From NCBI GenBank assembly GCA_024679065.1, contig JAGIQG010000014.1:47368001-47432000 (forward strand): DNA of 64,000 nt, given 5' to 3'. The position numbers and the translations under genes were made by a program. How positions within the stretch are numbered: the first letter of the stretch is position 1; the number at the start of each line of letters is the position of its first letter. Source of the stretch: Sphyrna mokarran. Lineage: Eukaryota. Below are positions 26,520-39,663 of the stretch, one piece after another. The notes under the pieces were generated by a model. It was given only the letters and a program-made list of their open reading frames with translations, made no database searches and was not told where the DNA came from.

Positions 26520-26870
26520 TGTTAGGGTTTGTAGTGTGGGTAGCATACAAGGTGTGAGGGATTGGTTAGCATCGTCAGGGTGCAGGGACAGGGGATGCAT
26601 TGTCACGGTGTAAGGGAATTGGATGGCATTGTCAGGGGTACATTGTCTCAGGGTAGAGGGAAGTGATTAGCATTTTCAGGGGTGCATTGTGCATTGTCGT
26701 AGGGCATGCAGGTTTGATTACCATTGTTGGGGGTGGAGGAGGGGTGCATTGTCTAAGGATGTGGGGGATTGGTTAGCATTATTGCAGTGCAGGGGTATGC
26801 ATTGTCACAGGTTGTGAGAGATTGGATAGCATTGTCAGAGGTGCATCGTACAGGGTGTGGGGGATTGGTT
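26520..26870 (+). repeat. Degenerate G-rich minisatellite, about 7 units of about 44-55 bp
   Basis: Recurrent unit close to gggtgtgggggattggttagcattgtcaggggtgcattgtcaca. Confidence 0.75.
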
Positions 26871-27109
26871 TGAAGAGGACATGGCTTCACTAGACTTGCA
26901 TTTTGCCACAAACTCCCTGCTTTAATCATCAATGCAGTTCAAGCTGGAGCTGAGGCAGGAAGATCCTAAGGCTCTGGTAAAAAAGTTAAAGTGCAGTTTT
27001 AAACAGGTCACTTGTTTGCTCCAGCTTCACTGCTAATGTAAAGACCTGGGCAGGGAGCTGGACAGGGAAGATGCTGCCAGTATGGTGCCCTCACGGAGAA
27101 ACTTCTTTT

Positions 27110-27807
27110 AGTCAGGTCACAGTTTCAAAATAAGAGCTTTTCATTTAAGGTGGAGACCAAAGAAGGATTTTTTTCCCCCCTTAGACAGTTGTTCATTTTT
27201 GGAATTCACTACCCCAGAGAGCAGTGAGGCTGGGTCATTGAATATATTATAACTAGGTTAAATAGATTTTTGATCTATAACCTTTAGGAGTCAAAAATTA
27301 TGGGACAAGGAAGTGGAGTTAAAACTGTAATCAGATAATCCTCTTGAATGCCAGAGAAGGCTTGAGGAACCCTTTCTCCTACTTTATTCTTTCATGGGAT
27401 GTAGATGTCCCTGACAAGGCCAATACTTTTTGTCATTCCCTAATTGCCATTGAAAGTAGATAAAAGTCAACCACATTGCTGTGGGTCTCGTGTCACATGT
27501 AGGCCATGCTTTGTAAGGATAGCAGATTTTCATTCTTGAAGGAGATCAGTGAACCAGATGGACTGTTAGACAGCTTGGGTCACCGTCTGTGAGGAGTCTG
27601 CAACTTTTTCCAGTGTCTTTGTGGGTTTTCTCTGTGTACTCGTTTCCTCCCACGGTCTGAAAGATGTGCTGGCTATGTACATTGGTCATGCTAAATTGTC
27701 CCTCGGTGTACCCTAACAGACAACAGAGTGTAGCGACTAGGAGATTTTCACAGTAACTTCATTGCAATGTTAATGTAAACCTACAGTGACACTAATAAAT
27801 AAACTTA
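27110..27807. mobile_element. Nested cluster: CR1 3' end (+, 27110-27385), lineage C SINE (-, 27385-27560), lineage B V-SINE (+, 27570-27807)
   Basis: Each part matches other copies of the same family in this window. Confidence 0.75.
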
Positions 27808-28784
27808 AAAATCAACTTTGGTTGTCATGGCTGCCATTATGTTCTTAAATAACTAATATTGATTGGAACAATAAGGTAATATTGTGATTATTGATTTTGA
27901 CCAGTCCAGTATTATTGATTTTTGTACTGACTGATAAACTTGGAACCATAATATGTAAATAAATCTAGATTGGTTTTAAAGATGGCTTTGGGATCCAGCT
28001 AAGTCTGCTGGAAAAGATGTGCAAGAGTCACCAGAGAGAAGAAGATGCCAACTGTCCACCTATATAACTGATTTCCCAGAATTACATTAGCAAGAATCAA
28101 GAACAACAGACCAATACTTGAAGCAGATTGTTGGAAAGTGTCCCAGGCATGTATCAGGCGTACCTTTCCTGACACTGGAAAGAAAATGGCTTATGATGGA
28201 GATAGTTGTGATTATTGGCCCCTGCTGTGGTTTCGCCCAACTGGGGCCACTCCTGATTAAGTTACAATTTAACAAAACCAGTGCAGCACATAGCTTGTGC
28301 CTGACTAAATGAAGTCTAGCTTCTTTTTATTTTAAGCCTAAATTGTGGAAAATGTTTCAAATTTTAAGTGCTGATAGTAGAGTCCTAAATTACTTCCTAC
28401 TAATTATTGGAGCTCTGAATAAAGATGTTTATGAAGATGAAGTGAAAATGGACCGTAGATTTGAGAAGTAAATACTGCATTCAACTTCAGCTGTACATTG
28501 CATGCTTATTTATGCCAGAAAAGGTGCTATCCAAGTGGCTAAGCTGTATACTTTCTGGCTGTGCTTTCACACTAGCTCCCAAATGCAGATAGGGTCTGGA
28601 TTTTTGGTCTTGACAGATACTGAATAAAGCTGCTTCCTCACAGATAAAGGTTTCTGATATTATATAAACAAAAGGGTCATGTTGTTCTGTTGCACAGCCC
28701 TGATATATCTGCTGATGATGGAAGTTGATTTGTACAATCTGTTTTTCAGTGACATTTTTCCATGTGCTTTGCAATAATTTTGTT

Positions 28785-29127
28785 TTTACTCATTTGTGGG
28801 ACATGGGCAACACTGGCTGGCAGCATTTATTGTCCAACCCTGGCTGCCCTTGGCTAGGCCATTTTGGAGGTGCCGTTGAGAGTCAACCACATTGCCAGAC
28901 AAGTAAGGATGGCAGATACCTTCCCTGAAGGACATTAGTGAATCAGATGTTTTTTTTCCCCAACGATTGACAATGGTCATTAGCAGATTCTTAATTCCAG
29001 ATTTTTTTTCTATTGAATTCAAATGCCATATCTATTGTGGCAAGATTTGAACCAGGATTTCCCGGAAAATTAGCTGAGTTTCTGGATTATTAGTATAGCG
29101 ATAATGCCACTAGGCCAGTGTTTCCCC
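28785..29127 (-). mobile_element. Lineage C SINE
   Basis: Colinear with 14365-14735. Confidence 0.8.
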
Positions 29128-29688
29128 CACAGTAAATTCAGAGGAAAAATTCATTAGTTTATTGTTCAGGCAATCCATAACCCAATGTACACACATGCAC
29201 GTTTGTAAGAATGATAGTCACCCAGTATTCAAACTGATGTTTGAAATCATGTTTCCTAATATGCTAGGTTACTTAAAACAATATAGAGTATATAAAAAAA
29301 ATGGGTGTAAAATGGTTTATAAAAGCACTACTGCTTAGTTGAAATGTTCTACCCTAGAATTTAACAATGTAAAGATGAGTTGTCTCTAACCTAAAGTTAT
29401 GCGCCTGTACCTACCTATTGAGAAGCAGTTATGCTCATGCTGTTGTAGTGCTTGATGATGATAAACTCTAGACTTATACAGAATATTAAAATGATGGTTA
29501 CAGTAAAGTTGGTTATGCAGAAGATGGTTTTTGGGGGGCAAGTTTCAGAAATCAGTGAAGTTTTAGATGTGGGTCAAGTTTAAGCGATGCAAGTGTGACA
29601 AAATGGTCATTCAGCCTCCTGTTCTATCTGGCGCTGCCCTCATCCCATTTCCAAAGAGTCATTAAAATGTTCCACTGCTGACAAGGTG

Positions 29689-29871
29689 TAGAGAAAGAAG
29701 TCTCACAACACCAGGTTAAAGTCCAACAGGTTTATTTGGTAGCAAAAGCCACGAAGGATCAGAGGCCCGAAAGCTGGTGGCTTTTGCTATCAAATAAACC
29801 TGTTGGACTTTAACCTGGTGTTGTGAAACTTCTTACTGTGCTTACTCCAGTCCAAGTCGGCATCTCCACAT
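29689..29871. mobile_element. Penelope-like pLTR palindrome, family B
   Basis: 58-bp arms 29695-29752 and 29777-29834 (2 differences); loop gaaggatcagaggcccgaaagctg is a hammerhead remnant. TSD caaggtg at 29682-29688 and 29872-29878. Same 3' end as 7750-7846. Confidence 0.85.
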
Positions 29872-30669
29872 CAAGGTGCAGCAATACGTGGGATGCCAAG
29901 AGAGCGGAATAAAACTGGCTTTGCCATTTTCACATTTCCTTCCAAGGGGGAAAGTGATAGTTTTTTAAAGAAAAGTAATCAGTTTTCTGAGATTACTTAC
30001 CTTTGCCGTATTCTTTTGTGTGTTTCCATGAGGCTCAGAACAGACCATGCAGTGATCTTTTGTAGATGTAATTCTTGTGGGGCAAGTTCTTTAGAGCTAA
30101 TCTCCATGGACTTTCTGGATAATCTTGAGAATGACCTCACTAGATCCTAATATAATTTACATTTAAAGTGTTTGGAATGTGGTATTTTAGCGTCAAAGAC
30201 GGCATTTTATGCTTGAACCTCACAGACCAGGAAACTCCCAGGTTAAGTCCCCGCTCTGTGCTGAGTTAGGTGATCTCAGCTAGGTTGATCTAAATGAGAG
30301 GAATCAACTGTTCACTTGCCAGCACTCCCCACTGGTTTTGTACTAAGTTACAATTGTTAGTTTTGTCATGTTGAATACTAAGAACAAACCTGTTTGAAAA
30401 TGACTCCCTAATTACACACTGCATTGTCAGGTTACTGAACCATACACAATGGTATTGATTGCCTGTGCAATGACTCAGAATGTAAAACAGTATCAAACAG
30501 CAACTATCAAAGAATCCTATTAACTGTGCCCATAACTGCCTTAAGTTGTTTGATTTCAGCTTTATAATGAGCATATCTCCTATATTTTTTGTCATTTTCT
30601 CATCCCACGAAGACAGTAAATTTGGGGATGGATTTGTCTCTCCTGGTGCTTCCCATTTGTAAATACACT

Positions 30670-31335
30670 GGAGGAATTTTCTCTTCTTTGACATTTGGGG
30701 GTAATTTTTCTGGCCCTGTTCAGTGCAGGTGCAATTCCCGTTGGAAACTTTTGAGAGAAGCCATACCGGGATTTGTGGCAGGGAGAATGAGATCCTCTTT
30801 GGCTCCCCAGCAGTGACATCACCTGTTTCACACCCAGTGTGGGCATGAACCTGATTTCAATTCATTTAAATATATTTAAATATTCAAAAAAAAGGCTTAA
30901 CAATATCTTAAGGGAATGGCATATGTTCCCACTTGCTGACGTGATCTAACACATAGGAGTCACTACTCTTCTCCAAAAACAACAATTGGATGTGATGACC
31001 ATACCAGGGGCTCGTCTAGCCCCCAGCTAGTCAGGGACAGGCATTGAGGTGCCCCCTGCCAACACCAGACTGTCAAATTGGCATTGCTAGGCTGGCCCTG
31101 GAGTGGGTGGAGACTCCACAGGTACATGCAGACCCTGTGGATGACCCTTAAAAAAAACAGTGCCCTGATCTCAGTGAAGGTGGGCTGGCTGCTGTGTCTC
31201 CTGTTATGCATATTTTTGCAGGCTGAAGATTAATGATTGGGATTGCCAGCACCAGGGGGAAATATTCCAGTTTCCTGCTAGTGTGGGCATTTAGAACCAA
31301 TTTGGTTAAATCACACTTCGTCATTTTTGGGAAAA
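30670..31335. mobile_element. Harbinger-like non-autonomous element
   Basis: Begins ggaggaattttctc and ends tttttgggaaaatt; the internal tgaacctgatttcaattcatttaaata motif is related to 15420-16045. Confidence 0.45.
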
Positions 31336-31341
31336 TTGTTT

Positions 31342-31607
31342 AATGTTTATTTATTAGCGTCACAAGTAGGCTTATATTAACATTGCAATGAATGAAGTTA
31401 CTGTGAAAATCCCTAGTTACCACACTCTGTCATCTGTTCAGGTACACATGTTTTGGACTGTGGGAGGAAACTAGAACACTGGAGGAATCCCGTGCGGACA
31501 TGGGAAGAATGTGCAGACTCCACACAGTCAGTGACCCAAGCCGGGAGTCGAACCTGGGTCTCTAGCGCTGTGAAGCAACAGTGCTAACCACTGTGCCATC
31601 ATGCCAC
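31342..31607 (-). mobile_element. V-SINE lineage B
   Basis: tttatttattagcgtcacaagtaggc tail, V-core and tRNA head. Confidence 0.88.
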
Positions 31608-32224
31608 TGTGCTGAACTTTATTCCAGCCCGGAATAAAGATGGTCACTGGCTGCACTGCTGTCCTCTCCCACCATATTTATTGTCAGAAAGTCAAGAAAA
31701 ACCTGAATCCAGAGAGTCCACCCCATCAGAAACACTGGCCTTTGACAGGCCCCATCTGACAAAAATGTAAATAAAGAAAGACCTCCTGCACAAGCATGGC
31801 CTCCCTACCCCTAAGTCCACCCAGAAGCCTTATGGCAGTGCAACCAGGGTACAGCCTAGGCCTGACCTTCTTCCAAATTGGGAGTTGTACTTGACTGTGC
31901 GTCCCTGCAGGGACTGTTTAGCAGGTCCCTGTTGGTCAAGATCTGTTGTAAACCCCACTGACATGACATCATGTTGTGGGGTGGGATTGTGGTATGCTTA
32001 TGTGTTGGGATAATACAGCAAAGAAACCTACGACTGACGTTTAAATGTACGGTAATAGGATTCCCGATCTTACATGGTGGGAACCTCATTATGTCATTGG
32101 TGCAGGAGCATGAATCCCCTCCCCATCCCTGCCATTTAAGACTGCATAATTTTAAACACTGCCTCAGAAATTTACCAACTTTTAACTGAAGGTGCATCAT
32201 AGTCCTTTGAAGGTACACTTGAGA

Positions 32225-32530
32225 AATGATGGCATTGTGGTAATGTCACTGGACTAGTAAAGCAGAAGGTTAAAAAATATCCTGGTGAAATTTAAATTCA
32301 ATGAATAAATTTGGAATTAAAAATGTGTCTTAGTAATAGCAACCTCATTGTTGTGAAAAGCCCATCCATTTCATTGGTGTCCCTTTAGGGAAGGAAATTT
32401 GCTGCGCTTGCTTGGTCTGACCTGGTGACTCCAGGCCCACAGCAATGTGATTCATTTTGAAATGGCCCAGAAAGCCACTTAGTTCAAGGGCAACTAGAGA
32501 GATGCCCACATCCCGTGAAAGAATTTTTTT
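32225..32530 (+). mobile_element. Lineage C SINE
   Basis: gatggcattgtggtaatgtcactggactagtaa head; tail aagggcaactag...gatgcccacatcccgtgaaagaa. Confidence 0.8.
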
Positions 32531-33137
32531 TAAATGCCAGAAACACTCTGAAAATAGGCATGTCAAAAGCCTTGAGCAGTGGCTTTAATAATTTAATACA
32601 CTTTAACAATTTTTTTAATTGAGTTTTATTCTTGAAAATGGTTGATCTGGTGTCCACCGCTTGACCTAAACTGTGATGGGTTTCACCTCTGATAACATAA
32701 GTCAGTTCTCAAGTGGGAACTGCTGAATTATCAATCCATTTTCAATTTTCCTGTTTTTTAAGGTCAGTGGTGATGAGGTCACCTAGCTTTCATCACTGCA
32801 CTACACTGCAGCTTGAAAAGCACAACCATTCTTGTCTGAGACACTGTGCTGTAGGACTCAAACTGGGTCTTCAATTACCAGTCACCAGGTGCAACAAAAA
32901 TAGTCATTCCTTTTAAAGCACATCTGCTTTATTTTCCTCCCAAATGTCTGACAGCAGCGATATTCCTTGGGTAGTAAGGGCACATTTGACGTGAACGTAT
33001 TGTTAAAGACATAAAAGCAACAGGGATATCAATGCTTTGAATCAGTTTTGCCATCACAAATGTTCAGATTTTTTTTAAAGTCCATTCTTAAAATTACAAA
33101 GCCAGTGCTCAGAATGGACCGGGCAAGCTCAGATCCA

Positions 33138-33338
33138 ATGAAGGCAAAAATGCAGATGCTGGAATCTGAAACAAAACCAGAAAATGCTGGAGAAATGCAG
33201 CAGATTTGACAGCATCTGTGGGGAGAGAATAGAGCCAACATGTTGAGTCTGGGTCATCCTTTGTCAGAAACGTTGGCTCTATTCTCTCCCCCCAGATGCT
33301 GTCAGACCTGCTGAATTTCTCCAGCGTTTTCTGTTAAA
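33138..33338. mobile_element. Penelope-like pLTR palindrome, family A
   Basis: Left arm (-) ends at the hammerhead CUGAC (33267); right arm (+) starts at GAAACGUUGGCUCU. 10-bp TSD ctcagatcca at 33128-33137 and 33339-33348. Confidence 0.85.
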
Positions 33339-34507
33339 CTCAGATCCATTCCTTGCTTGCTTCCAAAACCAAATTCAAAATCCAATTCACGTTCTCCACT
33401 AGAGAGAGAAACAAGATCTAAGCTGATATGATAAGACATTGAATCCCATCTTGGTCTTGATCTGACACACTTGGTCTGCCTGAGAGTTTCTTCTTTCCAT
33501 AGTTGAATTGCTTTTCAGTTTTGCTACCTTTTTTTGTGGGATGTGACAGTGAGCCCATCACAGTTTTCTGGAATTTAACCATATAGCTTTGAGCATTTAT
33601 GAACCAAATCACAATTTATTTTTACACTCTAGATAGCAAAACCTTCATCTTGCGCCTGGCATGTTAATATTGTCAAGGGAATATGTTCTTTTATCTTGTC
33701 TTTTGATGACTTCAACATTTCCAATCAGCACTCTTTCTGATTTTGGGCACGATGCATTGTTTGTACTTTCTTCTTAGTTGATACTGATCTTACTAGCTAG
33801 AGTAAACCACACAAAGTCATGAAATAATTATTCTATCAGGTGACATACACAATTAATCATGCTGATATATTAACCAATGATTACTGTAGGAAAGGAGTCC
33901 CCTGAGTACATCTTTGTTTGTTTTGAGAGGGAGCCCTCTATCACACTATCCTCTTGGGGAAGAAGCCCAGAGAAATGAACAAAGAATAAAACAAATGTTT
34001 TTTACCCCGCTGAGTTGCAAAGGAAATATTGTGCTATGTGTGAAATGTTGAAAGCTGCTGCCTTGGGAATAGGATGTGAGATGGTTGCAAATCCACACAA
34101 ATAGGATAGTTTTTAAAATAAGCTTGTATTTGTTTTCAGCTAACTCTGAAGCATGATTAACACCTGCAGGTAATTGGGCATTAACGCTATCAAGTTCTCA
34201 GATAGAATTTAAAAATGCAGTGCGTACAATTGACACATCTTATGAAGATTTGTAAAGGTCACATGTACAGAAAGATATCTGGTAGAAATGAGTATTTCAC
34301 ACACTTTTGCTTGCAAAAATCAATGCAAAAAAATCAGTATTGATCACTATTTTCAACAGCGAATGCAGCTCTTTAGATCTCTGAATCATCAAGATAGAAT
34401 TTCAATCTGCGTTTTGCACATAAAACAGATGAGATGCATATCTGTTTTACAATGGATGGCCCATTCAACTTCAGCCCACCACTAAATTAGCCCACCCTAA
34501 TCTAATA

Positions 34508-34797
34508 ATTTAGTTTATTTATTAGTGTCACAAGTAGGCTTACATTAACACTGCAATGAAGTTACTGTAAAAATCCCCTAGTTGCCATATTCCTGCATCT
34601 ATTTGGGTATACTGAGGGAGAATTTAGCATAGTAAGTGCACCTAACCAGTATGTCTTTCGGACTGTGGAAGGAAACTGGAGCATCTGGAAGAACCCACAC
34701 AGACAGGGAGGAGAAGGTGCGTACACAAGTGACCCAAGCCAGGAATCAAACCCAGTCCCTCGCTCTATGAGGCACCAGTGCTAACCACTGTGCCACC
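34508..34797 (-). mobile_element. V-SINE lineage B
   Basis: Tail, V-core and head as in 31342-31607. Confidence 0.88.
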
Positions 34798-36829
34798 TAG
34801 TATTTAACCTTGGGTTATTACTGGCAAAGTGGCCAGTCCATAATATTTTTTGTCCCATTGGGTGAGCTGCCTGTAGAAGCATGATGGGTGCTGACAACTT
34901 GTCTCAAATCTGTAGATAAAGCCTGAGGATCAATGCCTATTGATTCTTGGTTCAGATACTCAGCACTTCCTAATGTTGAATTTCAGGGCAAAATTAGGCC
35001 CAGATTAAAATCTGTTCCACCATCTTTTGTCATTTAAGATAACTTTACAAACATTACTGAAAAGAGAATTTGATTGATGGTTAGATATTTTTATTATTGC
35101 TAAATGAGTAGTTTATAACTCATTAATTTAAAACAAAGTAAATAATACTAATTGGTCTGAAAATAGCAGACAATACTTGGACTATCTTTTAAATAGTGAC
35201 ACTTTGTTGAAATGCATCCCCAATGCAACACCACTGTGCATTATAGTGCATCATCTATAGGACAGTCTAACTTTAAAGAAGCTGTTTTTTGAGAAAGTCA
35301 TCTTTTCCTAATTTATTCTATGAATGATTCATAATCAGTCCCAATTGGTTCTCTATCATCAAATCTTGATGATAAACATGGTTCAAGTTCCTTTTCAGGA
35401 TACTATATAAATCCCTCTAGAATTAGAAAAAGCACTTATTAAAATAGGTCACACTTCCAACATATCTTCTACTGTTCATAATAAGATGTTCATATATAGG
35501 TGAGCATTATGATAATATGAAAATAAAACAAATGCATATGACTTATTTTCTGTCATTTGCATCCTATAAATACATGTCTATGCATCCCTGATGTTCAAAA
35601 TTCCTAACGTCAATTGTGGGGAATTTGAAACGGCAGAAAATTGAGACTCAATGTTCCTTTAAAATCCCCTCTAAGGCCAAGTCTTTGACACAGCGTCAGA
35701 CCAAGTTCAGTTTGATAATGCTTGCGTGATGTGCATTGAGATATTTTACTGTGTTAAAGATGCCCTATATACCTAGACTGGTGTTGAGATTGGCCCAGTT
35801 AAACAAGAGGTCCTTATTCAAAAGCTGTTAACATCTTATGTTCAGATTGCTGGATCCATTTATCTACTTCACATCTGAGTTGGAACTGTGGGCTAAACTC
35901 TTACCACCACGCTTGCTCCAGAATTGGACACGGCTGGCAGAATGGCATTCTCCATTGGCCTTGGATAGGATGTTATGAGCCTTGGGTGGGTGAGGCAGTA
36001 AAATTCTGGCAGTGCAGTCAATGATTTGAGTGCTTCCCTGATATTTGCCCCCTGACCCAAGCTAGTAGAACAGGATTGGAGAATGAACTGCAAGAGTCAA
36101 ACTTTGCTTTACGTACAATGTCAGATCAGGTCCAAAGGAAAATCCCCTAAATTCAGGAATCTACTAGTTTAAGGAAAAGCAATTGTCTGGCCATCTGTTC
36201 AACCTGCTTCTATTGATAAAGTTGCCAGATGATCTCATTGCAAATGCCTGATTGAGCTTCAAGATTGACAACTTACTCAGCTCTATTGTCAATGTTGACA
36301 CAGCTTTAATGGGAGTACTAGCATGTTTGACACTTCTGTGCAGTTGTAATATGTTTTTCTTTCTTCAATGTCGGCTTTTTTATTTGGACAACATTAGGAG
36401 CTGTTAAGAGGATTAAAACTTTATTCATTAATGTTGTGATGGATGTGGTTGGTTGACATTTTTATGAGCAATAGTGTTTTTATAAAGGAGCTTGTGTCTG
36501 TTTTGGAAGCATTTTAAAGATTTTATAAGTACTATTACATTGTCATGGTTCTGTACATAGTGTTTACTGGCATAATGGCTTTGGGGATGTACGTGGATAT
36601 AGAAGAAGCATTGGAGTGATTGAAGGATTATGCAAGGAACACTAGGGGTGGAGCTGGAGTGGGAGTACGTAGGGGTCATAGGGATATGAGAAGCCATTAG
36701 CAAGAGCTTTTAAACTTCCTGTCAGAAGGATTCTGACTTCTCAGACTTTTCTCAAGGTTCATGAACCGATTTGCTTGGTGGGGTTTTCACAAGCTTCCAA
36801 ATTCTTCCTGTCATTAAAAAAACAGCATG

Positions 36830-37372
36830 AAGGGTGAAACTGAAATTTTCCAGAAACCCTAATGGCGACCTGATGTCGCAGGATGTGTTTTTGTTGATTT
36901 GCAACTGGAGATCAATGGTGCAAGTTTGAAATTCTGGCTGCCTTATGCACCCGTTCCTGGTTCAGTTACAGGCAGGGAAGCAAAATTCAGCCCAGAACTT
37001 TAGAAAAGAAACAATGGCTGTGATCTTACTGGCTCACCGTGCAGCACAGGGGAGTGATTGGTAAGGGAAGGGAACGGCGTTGAAATTGGTATGGTGGATG
37101 GGCCATGGAGGAAGTTATAATGGGGGAGACAACAGGAGGTGAACCACGTTGCTATCGGGGGGGGGAGGTTACACTACCACCGATGATGGGGAGTAGGGGT
37201 GAAATGGGTGAGGGTGGGGGAGAGTGGTGGCATGAACTCTCCCAGTTCACTGTGAGATTGAGGCGCCCGTGGAATGGCCTCCTGAACAATCTGCAGCAGG
37301 CTTCATCAGCAAGTTTAGGCCTTGTTCCCCCCATCCTTTCTGGTGAGAATCGCACTTCTACCCAAAAAAGTG
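36830..37372. mobile_element. Two adjacent MITE-like repeats
   Basis: gggtgaaactgaaattttcc...aaaattcagccc (36831-36993) and ggctgtgatcttac...gtgagaatcgcac (37016-37353) have Harbinger-like termini. Confidence 0.45.
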
Positions 37373-39244
37373 CCATACGGTTGCATCTTCAAGCTAGCCC
37401 AGAAAAAGGAACTGAAATTTTGCTGTTTTCACACTCATTCAGCAAGAACATTTTCATAAGGTTGTGCCTAATATTATATGCACGTTTCGCCTTCTTGAGG
37501 TATGTGGTGAGTCATGCATATATAAAATGAGCTGATGTGTAATTCCCCTATATATCGACGACTTTAAATGCAATAATCTGCATAATGACTGAATTCGCAA
37601 CAAACTGCGGTCATTCTGCCATCATAATCTTGTTTTCACCATACTTCGAGTAAGTTCATGAGCGTGTTGTAAGAACAGTTCTGAGGAATTGTAAGGTTTA
37701 AAATTGCTTTAAAATGTTCACATCTGTTTGAGAGCAGTATTACCGTGCAGCACCCAGTGGGGAAGGTAGTAATGGTTTATTCTGTCTTTTTCAACAAAAT
37801 AATCTTTTCTGTTGAGGTCTGAAGAAAATACAGAAAGAACGATCAGTTTGTCAAATTGTTCTCAAGGCCATCTGACAACCAGACTGATATTTTATTCTGT
37901 ATTCCTGAGACTTGGCCATGCTAAACACTGTAATATTTTCATTTACAACTCTGGCATGCATTTTGCACGCTCTCTCTCTCTCGACTCATTGTCATAGTGC
38001 ACAATATTAGTTTTGCAGAGGGGGAGAAGTCTATTTGGGTGGTGAAAAATAATTAAATGAATTAACATTATTCCACTCCTGAAATATGTAATTAGGAAAC
38101 ATATAAGGAAATAATTTTCTGTCAGTTACTCCTATTTTTTCTCTCTCTAAAATAAGTTGAAGTGTTGCTATTAATGTTACAATACTTGCCCTTGGGTGTT
38201 AACCTACTAGTTCTTTCAGTACCATGGAGTCAGAAAGTGTTTGGTGCAATTTTGCTCCAATCTCTTGCTCCCCCAACTGGAAACACTTGTCTGAAAACTT
38301 CTTCACCAGTTCAGTTGACTGATGCAGCTGAGTTTGTGTGGCAAATAGTCCTAGACTTGAATTCATGGTTGCTGCCTAATGCATGCTCCTCCGTGTGAGG
38401 TTAAGAGAGAGCTTTGGGAGGATCATTCAGCTTCAAAATGGCTCCACTGGCATCAAATCAGTATTGCATGCTGATTAGCTTCAGGATATTCCTGCTCTTT
38501 TTACTCCTATAGGATGTTACCTGAGCTTGTGCTAGTGCCCGCACCAAAATGGTATCCAGTGTGATTCATGGTCCATTAAACAACCGGTGCTACTGAGCCT
38601 AATTTTGTGTCCGCCAATTTCCTCATGTATACTATCTTCAAACACACACGGATTGTTTTCCCTGGTGGTACAATAAAACATAAATTTCACTTCCTGAGTT
38701 TCTCACAGAACAAAGAACAGTACAGCGGAGGAACAGGCCCTTCGGTCCACCGAGCCTGCGCTGATCATTCTCATTCCATTTTCTTTTTAGCAAGGAGAGT
38801 GGCCTGACCCAAGCATGCTGTGATTACACTTCATGCTTTGAAGAAATCTGATTTAAGTCGGCCTGCTAAAACAAAAAGCCCAATATTTACTGGCAATAAG
38901 GGTCCGTAATGAAATGTTTTTGTGCGGTTCCTAATTGGCGTGAGGTTACAGTACAAGCCATTCTGAATTGACCTGTAAATAATACAGAATACACAATTTT
39001 TACTCAAATGGATAGTGGGTTGACTGAGGTGGGAAATGGAAAAATGCCACAGCGGTGAACTCAGACTTTGGGAATTGGGCCTGAATCATGTTAGTTTGCT
39101 ATGCTATCTGGTAGGTGTCAGTAGACCCTGAGTAGCAGCAGAAATAGCCCCACATGGAAAGAGAGGGCATAATAACAGCCTCCTCTCCCTTCAATTTGTC
39201 ACAGTACCTTACTGGTTGAAGACTTTAGGCTGAGACCAAAACAT

Positions 39245-39372
39245 GGGCCAGGATTTTATGGCCTCTCCTGCTTGGTCAGATATTACGGTCTTACCAAAAT
39301 AAATGACAACTTAAATTGCTTATCATATTCATTGGGGAGATTGGCCATGGAGTGAGCTGAAAAATCCTGCTC
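39245..39372. mobile_element. Short MITE
   Basis: TIR gggccaggatttt...aaaaatcctgctc. Confidence 0.55.
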
Positions 39373-39635
39373 TTGGTTCAGACAACAGGCAGTGGTGTAG
39401 CCAGTTCAGGAAAACCTAGCTGTCGGTGTCCAGATAGAAAGAGATCCTCACAACCCTAGCAATCCTCACTTTACTAAGCACATAGTTCAGAAGAAAATTC
39501 ACAGTAAATTCAACAAAAAAAACCTTTTGAATGAATGGACTGCTACTTTGAACAGTGAACATTAAGCCATTGTTATTTTGTTATAATAGAAGAAATAGAC
39601 GAATAGCCTTTATCGTAATGTTGTGCTTTTACTTT

Positions 39636-39663
39636 GACTAATAGAGCAACTTCTTTATGACAG
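39636..39663 (+). promoter_or_regulatory. Branch point and 3' splice acceptor
   Basis: gactaAt branch-point consensus (A at 39641) 22 nt upstream of ttctttatgacag; gives a phase-1 exon start, as expected for this exon in ADAMTS2/3. Confidence 0.7.

Noticed and set aside
26520-26870. CRISPR-like repeat-spacer array
   Set aside because: Eukaryotic context, degenerate units with no unique spacers and no cas genes.
37505-37530. AP-1 site plus TATA box (tgagtcatgcatatataaaa) as an internal promoter
   Set aside because: Short motifs expected by chance in AT-rich DNA; no supporting downstream exon or CpG island.
1-39635. The preceding propeptide exon (FFIEPLE-type)
   Set aside because: Not found by eye or in the ORF track; it probably lies upstream of the window, although I could have missed a short exon.
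39643-39646. Alternative acceptor AGs at 39643-39644 and 39645-39646
   Set aside because: They are too close to the branch point and give phase 0 or 2 rather than the phase 1 expected for this exon.
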